Below, piece by piece: positions 58,798 through 64,000 of a DNA stretch of 64,000 bases. The position numbers and the translations under genes were made by a program. The notes below the pieces were generated by a model. That model was not told the origin of the DNA, searched no databases, and saw only the letters and a program-made list of their open reading frames with translations. Where the stretch lies: positions 2,496,001 to 2,560,000 of the forward strand of contig OZ243938.1 in the NCBI GenBank assembly GCA_965214095.1, in the 5' to 3' direction. The stretch is from Candidatus Poribacteria bacterium. Lineage in GTDB: Bacteria; Poribacteria; WGA-4E; WGA-3G. The number at the start of each line of letters is the position of its first letter. Positions within the stretch are counted from its first letter, which is position 1.

Positions 58798-60294
58798 TTA
58801 CCAATACGTATAAAGCAGCACTTCTGACAAGATAAGCTGGAAAACCAACATACCCCCAACCCAATACAAATCTGAACGCGGTCGTGCTGTGAGATAATTC
58901 GCAACAGGAATAACGAAAAACGGCACCATGAAAATCCAGATACGCTCCACTTCCATCGTAAACCATGACGAAAATGTGAAATAGAAAAGTGTTATTACAA
59001 AACCGATAACAAAAGTATCTGTTTTTTCAAGGTTCAAAATCCAAGAAATCCATCTTTGATTACCTGATGTGTTGTTCTGCTGTAATTCCCGCACAGATGC
59101 GAACAGTTGATGTCCCCAAATAACTGTAATCGGAAGACCCACACAAATCAGGAATGCAAACAAGTTAGCAAAACTGAGATGAAGATAACGATCAAAACTT
59201 TCAAAACCGCTACCCATACCTGCTTCATCCTTTTTGATCGCTGCCCAAAGTGCATCAAACGGTTGAAAACCTGTAACCACATATAGTAACAGGTAGAAAC
59301 CGACAAATCCTGTTGCAGCAAACGCTAATACCTTCAAGTATTGCCTAAATTTACTCCGTTCCAATAATGCAACTACACATAGAAATACCCCAACAACCAC
59401 CGTCGCATAAGTCATAAACATACCAAAGGCAAGTGAAATCCCTGTCAACAAACTATAGGGACGGAACGTATCCAACGCAATATCAGGTGAAGTTTCCCGT
59501 TCTCTCGCTTCGTAAAACAGATAAAGGCTAAGAATCGGGAACACACTAAAGGGACCATCCATAGATGTCGTAGTGAACATCACAAAGTTTGGCGTGATAA
59601 GGAAAAGCAGTAAGGCATAAAGTGCTACCTTCTCACCGTAAAGCCGTTCACTCAGTTTATAGAACGGTATCACGACTATCGCGGTAAAAAGAACTGATAT
59701 TAATGATGCCGATAAAAGATTGTATCCGAAGAATTTGCTAACAAACCATAAAAAGACTACACCACCGGGCGGGTGTGTTCGTGTGTGTCCTGCAAAGGTA
59801 TCAAACAATTCTTTCTTGCTGAAATCACGTAGAAATACACCGAGTCCCAATTCTTCAATATGTGGCACATCCGCATAATACTCTTGTCCCGATCGCGTGT
59901 AAGGTTCAAGTAGAGCTGAAATCCGTATAGGTTCTTCTTCAGTTCCTATTTCACGAAACCCATCAATCTGTGCAACACTTATATTGATAGCAATGAAACA
60001 GACTACCGAAATCAATATCAACTGACGAGAATTAATGCTATTCGGTAGGATATATCTATAGCAAAGATAGAGGAAACCGATACAGATTATAAGTGCGGGG
60101 AAAATCCACAAACTCAGGTCAAGTTGAGGGATAGCGTAAAGCGGGACAAAATGTCTGCTATAGTTGATGGCACCGAGGTCAAGTCCTGGCTCCCGCATGA
60201 TTGCTTTCAATATTATATGATATAATATGAAAAACAGCGCGAGGATACTTGTTTGTCCAGCAATAGTTCGTAACGCTCTTTGCAGATATTGCAT
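58798..60294 (-). CDS. GT-C-type multi-TM glycosyltransferase-like protein
   Basis: THPPG motif, many TM segments, EVERIW. Heads the GT4/deacetylase operon. Confidence 0.7.
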   Translation of the reverse strand: MQYLQRALRTIAGQTSILALFFILYHIILKAIMREPGLDLGAINYSRHFVPLYAIPQLDLSLWIFPALIICIGFLYLCYRYILPNSINSRQLILISVVCFIAINISVAQIDGFREIGTEEEPIRISALLEPYTRSGQEYYADVPHIEELGLGVFLRDFSKKELFDTFAGHTRTHPPGGVVFLWFVSKFFGYNLLSASLISVLFTAIVVIPFYKLSERLYGEKVALYALLLFLITPNFVMFTTTSMDGPFSVFPILSLYLFYEARERETSPDIALDTFRPYSLLTGISLAFGMFMTYATVVVGVFLCVVALLERSKFRQYLKVLAFAATGFVGFYLLLYVVTGFQPFDALWAAIKKDEAGMGSGFESFDRYLHLSFANLFAFLICVGLPITVIWGHQLFASVRELQQNNTSGNQRWISWILNLEKTDTFVIGFVITLFYFTFSSWFTMEVERIWIFMVPFFVIPVANYLTARPRSDLYWVGGMLVFQLILSEVLLYTYW

Positions 60295-60377
60295 TCGTTT
60301 TATGTGGTAAGATCAGAGTAGTATAATTTTCTATTTTAGCAGGTTTATTGGGGTGTGTAAAGTTTTTGAGAATATTG

Positions 60378-60394
60378 AAAACTAAATAACCCTG
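60378..60394. repeat. Isolated TIR of the CAGGG MITE family
   Basis: AAAACTAAATAACCCTG, identical to 1987-2003. Confidence 0.65.
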
Positions 60395-60486
60395 CAATTT
60401 AGATTGCTTTATTGTATAAAATATATGATACTAAGACTCTAATGTTTAGACTGTTAATCAACAATATCGGAAAGTTGTAACATTGA

Positions 60487-60654
60487 AATTTCAGTGGAGG
60501 GGTTCGTGGAAAATACGCCGAAAGATACCACGCCGACAAAAACCTGATCCGTCTAGACCCGGATGTCGCAAAGGTATTTCCCGATGCCCAAACTGTGAAT
60601 GAAGCGTTGAGGGCGTTGGCAAAAATCATTTTGATGCATCAGAACACGGAATGA
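60487..60654 (+). pseudogene. 5'-truncated small antitoxin-like gene (BrnT-partner type)
   Basis: My translation FSGGVRGKYAERY...LDPDVAKVFPDAQTVNEALRAL is preceded by an in-frame TGA and has no start. Confidence 0.65.
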
Positions 60655-60699
60655 AGCATCAAGTCCAACATTTCCCGTCTTCAGTGATATTAAAAGAAA

Positions 60700-61812
60700 T
60701 TATGACTCAGAAACCTGCAGCTCCAAAGCTGCATCTAATAACGCATTAGCCAAAAACTGCGGATTAACCTCATCTTTCCCCCGAAATGTCCGCACACGTT
60801 CACCATTCACCTTTAGCACAGCCAATTCTTTCCCACCAAGATGGATACCGAGTTTTGCATTGCGCGTTTCACCAGGACCGTTCACCTCACACCCCATCAC
60901 TGCTACGGGGATATTGATTCCGTTTTTCTCCAATAGCTCCTCTGCCACTGCAACGATATCTTCATAACCCGCAGTAGGGTCACCGCGTCCACAGAACGGA
61001 CAAGAGATAACATCTAATATATCCTCAGCCATACCGAGAGCACGCAGCAGTTCCTTCGCAGTCAAGACTTCTTCCACAGGATCACCCGTGATTGAGATCC
61101 GGATCGTATCTCCGATACCTTCTAACAATAACGTACCGATACCGAGTGTGGATTTGACATGTGCGCGCCGCGGTGTTCCCGCTTCCGTTACCCCAAGATG
61201 CAACGGATACCGCACCTTTGCAGAAAGCAATCTATTTGCCTCTATCATCCGAATCGGATCACTGGATTTAACAGAGATAGCAATATCCGTAAAGTCGTGT
61301 TCTTCGCAGATATTGACATGTCGCATCGCGCTTTCTACCAACGCCTCTGCTGTCGGTGAAGGATACTTCTCCAACAAGTCTTTTTCAAGCGATCCCTCGT
61401 TAACACCAATACGTATAGGAATGTTCGCTGCTTTGGCAGCAGACAATACCTGAGCAATCCTTTCCTCACTACCAATGTTACCCGGATTAATGCGAACCTT
61501 TGCAACACCTGCATCTACAGCATCCAACGCGTATCGGTAGTTGAAATGGATGTCCGACACAATTGGCACTGGGGAACGTTTGACTATTTCACTGAGTGCT
61601 TTCGCGTCCTTTTCTTCTGGTACTGCAACACGAACAATCTGCGCACCTGCTTCTGTACACCGTTCCACTTGTGCTAAAGTCGCATCAACGTCGTGCGTCA
61701 ACGTCGTCGTCATCGTCTGAATGGAGATCGGATTACCGCCACCTATTGTCACGTTACCAACTTGGATGGTTCGCGTCGGTTTCCGATTATCAATTTGTAT
61801 CAACTCTTTCAT
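60700..61812 (-). CDS. ispG: HMBPP synthase
   Basis: SDIHF, RINPGNIG, PLHLGVTEAG, SCPFCGR, MGCEVNGPGE. Confidence 0.96.
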   Translation of the reverse strand: MKELIQIDNRKPTRTIQVGNVTIGGGNPISIQTMTTTLTHDVDATLAQVERCTEAGAQIVRVAVPEEKDAKALSEIVKRSPVPIVSDIHFNYRYALDAVDAGVAKVRINPGNIGSEERIAQVLSAAKAANIPIRIGVNEGSLEKDLLEKYPSPTAEALVESAMRHVNICEEHDFTDIAISVKSSDPIRMIEANRLLSAKVRYPLHLGVTEAGTPRRAHVKSTLGIGTLLLEGIGDTIRISITGDPVEEVLTAKELLRALGMAEDILDVISCPFCGRGDPTAGYEDIVAVAEELLEKNGINIPVAVMGCEVNGPGETRNAKLGIHLGGKELAVLKVNGERVRTFRGKDEVNPQFLANALLDAALELQVSES

Positions 61813-61874
61813 AATTTTGTTGCTAACGGTTTCCGTTTATCGGTTGTCAGTTAATGTTTGTACCTCGTCTTAGT

Positions 61875-62975
61875 TTAAACAAGCGATGTAAGCACCTCAA
61901 TGAAACGTTCATTTTCCTCCTGCCTACCAATCGTCACCCGAATTGCATTGGGAAAACCGTAACTTGCCATGCCACGCACAATAACCCCTTTCTTCATCAT
62001 TGCATCTACAAAATCCGCACCCGTTTGGTTGACAAACACCATAATAAAATTCCCCTCTGTCTTGATATAACGAAGACCCAATTTGTCAAATGCAGCATAA
62101 AGGAAAGTTTTACCAATTTCATTCAATTCTTTGCTTTTCTTGACATAATCGGTATCTTTGAGTGCTGCACGTGCCGCTGCTTGTGCTATCGCATTACAGT
62201 TAAACGGTTGACGGACAGGATTTATCATTGTAATGATGGATGGTGGAGCAATTCCATAACCTACCCGCAAACCTGCAAGACCGTAAATCTTGGAAAAAGT
62301 TCGGGTGATAATGAAGTTACGATCCTCCATCACATAAGGCAACGTATGCGGATAGTCGGGATTTACAACATATTCATAATACGCTTCGTCAAACACGACC
62401 AAGACATTCTCAGGGACTTGTGCCATAAACTGTGCGGTTTCCGCCGCGGTAACCATTGTACCAGTAGGATTGTTCGGATTTGCAATGAAGATGACCTTCG
62501 TTTTATCGGTAATTGCCGATGCCATTGATGACAAGTGGTGTGTATCGTTCTGCATCGGAACAACAACAGCAGTTGCCCCAGAAACCTGTGCCACATGTTC
62601 ATAAACAACGAAAGCACCCTCTGCGTAAATCACCTCGTCACCAGGTCTGAGGTAGGTTTCACCGACAAGTGTCAGCACCTCGTTTGATCCATTCGTCAAA
62701 ATCAGACGGTCTTCGGTAACGCCAAGGTGTTTCGCCAAATCTGATTTGAGATAAAAGCCATTTCCATCAGGATAAAAATGCACCTGTTTGGCACTTTCAT
62801 CAATTGCTTGCAACGCTAACGGTGAGGGACCTAGCGGGTTTTCATTTGATGCTAACTTGATTATATTAGAGATACCGAGTTCACGTTTTACTTCTTCAAT
62901 CGGTTTCCCACCCTGATATGCTTCGAGCGTTTCAATACCGGGATTCGGTGTTAATGTCTTCTGTGTTGTATTCAC
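61875..62975 (-). CDS. hisC: Histidinol-phosphate aminotransferase
   Basis: KLASNENPLG, NPNNPTG, DEAYYE, RTFSKIYGLAGLRVGY. Confidence 0.95.
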   Translation of the reverse strand: MNTTQKTLTPNPGIETLEAYQGGKPIEEVKRELGISNIIKLASNENPLGPSPLALQAIDESAKQVHFYPDGNGFYLKSDLAKHLGVTEDRLILTNGSNEVLTLVGETYLRPGDEVIYAEGAFVVYEHVAQVSGATAVVVPMQNDTHHLSSMASAITDKTKVIFIANPNNPTGTMVTAAETAQFMAQVPENVLVVFDEAYYEYVVNPDYPHTLPYVMEDRNFIITRTFSKIYGLAGLRVGYGIAPPSIITMINPVRQPFNCNAIAQAAARAALKDTDYVKKSKELNEIGKTFLYAAFDKLGLRYIKTEGNFIMVFVNQTGADFVDAMMKKGVIVRGMASYGFPNAIRVTIGRQEENERFIEVLTSLV

Positions 62976-63170
62976 GTGTTTCCAATTTTAAATGTATTAC
63001 AGTATTCAATCATTGAATAATAGTATAGCATAGTTCACCGTTTTTTTTCACAGCAAAATATGTCTTTACAAGGATTGAAGTGCCATCGATTCTTTAGACC
63101 ATTATTTCGTAAAGTTAAGACAAGTATTCATTTTCAAATTCAATAAGTGTGAACTCAAAGCAAGTAACAT

Positions 63171-63365
63171 CTAAGAATCGTTGAAAGTCACTCGAAAATT
63201 TATTGTTGAATATGCTAAATTACGAAAACCTAAATGGGTTTCTTTGAGTTTATCATAACTCAGAACGAGTCTGCGGTAAGTATCTGGTTTCCAATCGAAA
63301 GTTCGTTCCACTTTATATCGGTCTCTGTAGATTACTTTATCAAACCAACGAAACGGACGAGCAAT
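63171..63365 (-). pseudogene. IS5-family transposase C-terminal remnant
   Basis: My translation RPFRWFDKVIYRDRYKVERTFDWKPDTYRRLVLSYDKLKETHLGFRNLA matches the IS5 pattern Y..R..VERTF.W...RRL..RY. Confidence 0.7.
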
Positions 63366-63491
63366 GACAAAAAGTGGAAAAATAGGACATAAATAAACTC
63401 TTGTTTTACCCTATTGGACAGTATTCTTATGTTTTACTCAATATGAGTTCAATCTTTTCAATACATTTTGGTTCATACTGACCAAGGACTA

Positions 63492-64000
63492 CTAATCCAC
63501 TGACACAGAAGCAAGTTTCCAAAACAGAATCGTACCGTCCAAACTCGCACTCACCAATGTCTTTCCATCCGGACTAAACGTAACACTATAAACACTATTG
63601 GTATGTCCATCAAACTTAGTAATTGGATGGTAGTTCTCAGTATCCCACAGCATTACAGTGCCCTCAATACTTCCACTTGCTAACATTTTTCCATCTGGAC
63701 TGAACGCAATGCCGTTAATCAGAGTCTGATGATCTGTGATTTTCATAAGATATTCACCTGTTTTGGCATTCCATAAATGAATTGAAGCGTCCCCGCTTCC
63801 GACTGCAAGCGTTTCACCATCAGGACTGAAAGCTAATTTCTCAACACCATAATTAATATCTGTTCTCAATGTCCGAATATATTCACGTGTTACCACATCC
63901 CACAGACATACTGTTTTGTCTCGACTCCCACTTGCGATTAACTTTCCATCTGGACTAAACAGAACACTAAGTACTTCACCTGTATGCCTTTTAAGTGTTT
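63492..64000 (-). CDS. WD40-repeat protein (3' part, runs off the window)
   Basis: FSPDG..LA repeats continue to the window edge. Confidence 0.88.
   Translation of the reverse strand, partial: TLKRHTGEVLSVLFSPDGKLIASGSRDKTVCLWDVVTREYIRTLRTDINYGVEKLAFSPDGETLAVGSGDASIHLWNAKTGEYLMKITDHQTLINGIAFSPDGKMLASGSIEGTVMLWDTENYHPITKFDGHTNSVYSVTFSPDGKTLVSASLDGTILFWKLASVSVD

Noticed and set aside
61854-62528. 224-aa plus-strand ORF and other long antisense ORFs
   Set aside because: They shadow conserved genes (hisC, dnaK, icd, dapB) and have no recognisable motifs.

Overview
AT-rich bacterial chromosomal window. LamG proteins ending in TTWGxLK, WD40/dockerin proteins, two PhyH dioxygenases and HEAT/BNR repeat proteins suggest Ca. 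Poribacteria (inference only). Housekeeping genes include dapB, dapL, a trpF-like gene, a citrate synthase-like/icd/mdh cluster, dnaK, fabV, uppP, ispG and hisC. Accessory loci are a type II R-M pair between icd and mdh, an orphan adenine MTase, two toxin-antitoxin pairs and glycan-modifying genes. Two things stand out. (1) A nested set of small mobile DNA built on GTAG-type REP hairpins: several unrelated MITE shells carry these hairpins, and an intact IS4-family element (91-1578) sits in one with a 20-bp direct repeat equal to the hairpin. A second relic end at 17095 shows the same junction, and an empty site exists at 20121. (2) A candidate sigma54-driven ammonium-uptake locus with two paralogous unknown outer-membrane proteins, two different Amt transporters and no adjacent GlnK. 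Three of these exported proteins share a predicted D-x-H (ATCUN-like) mature N-terminus followed by a Glu/Met-rich tract. No rRNA, tRNA or CRISPR array was recognised.
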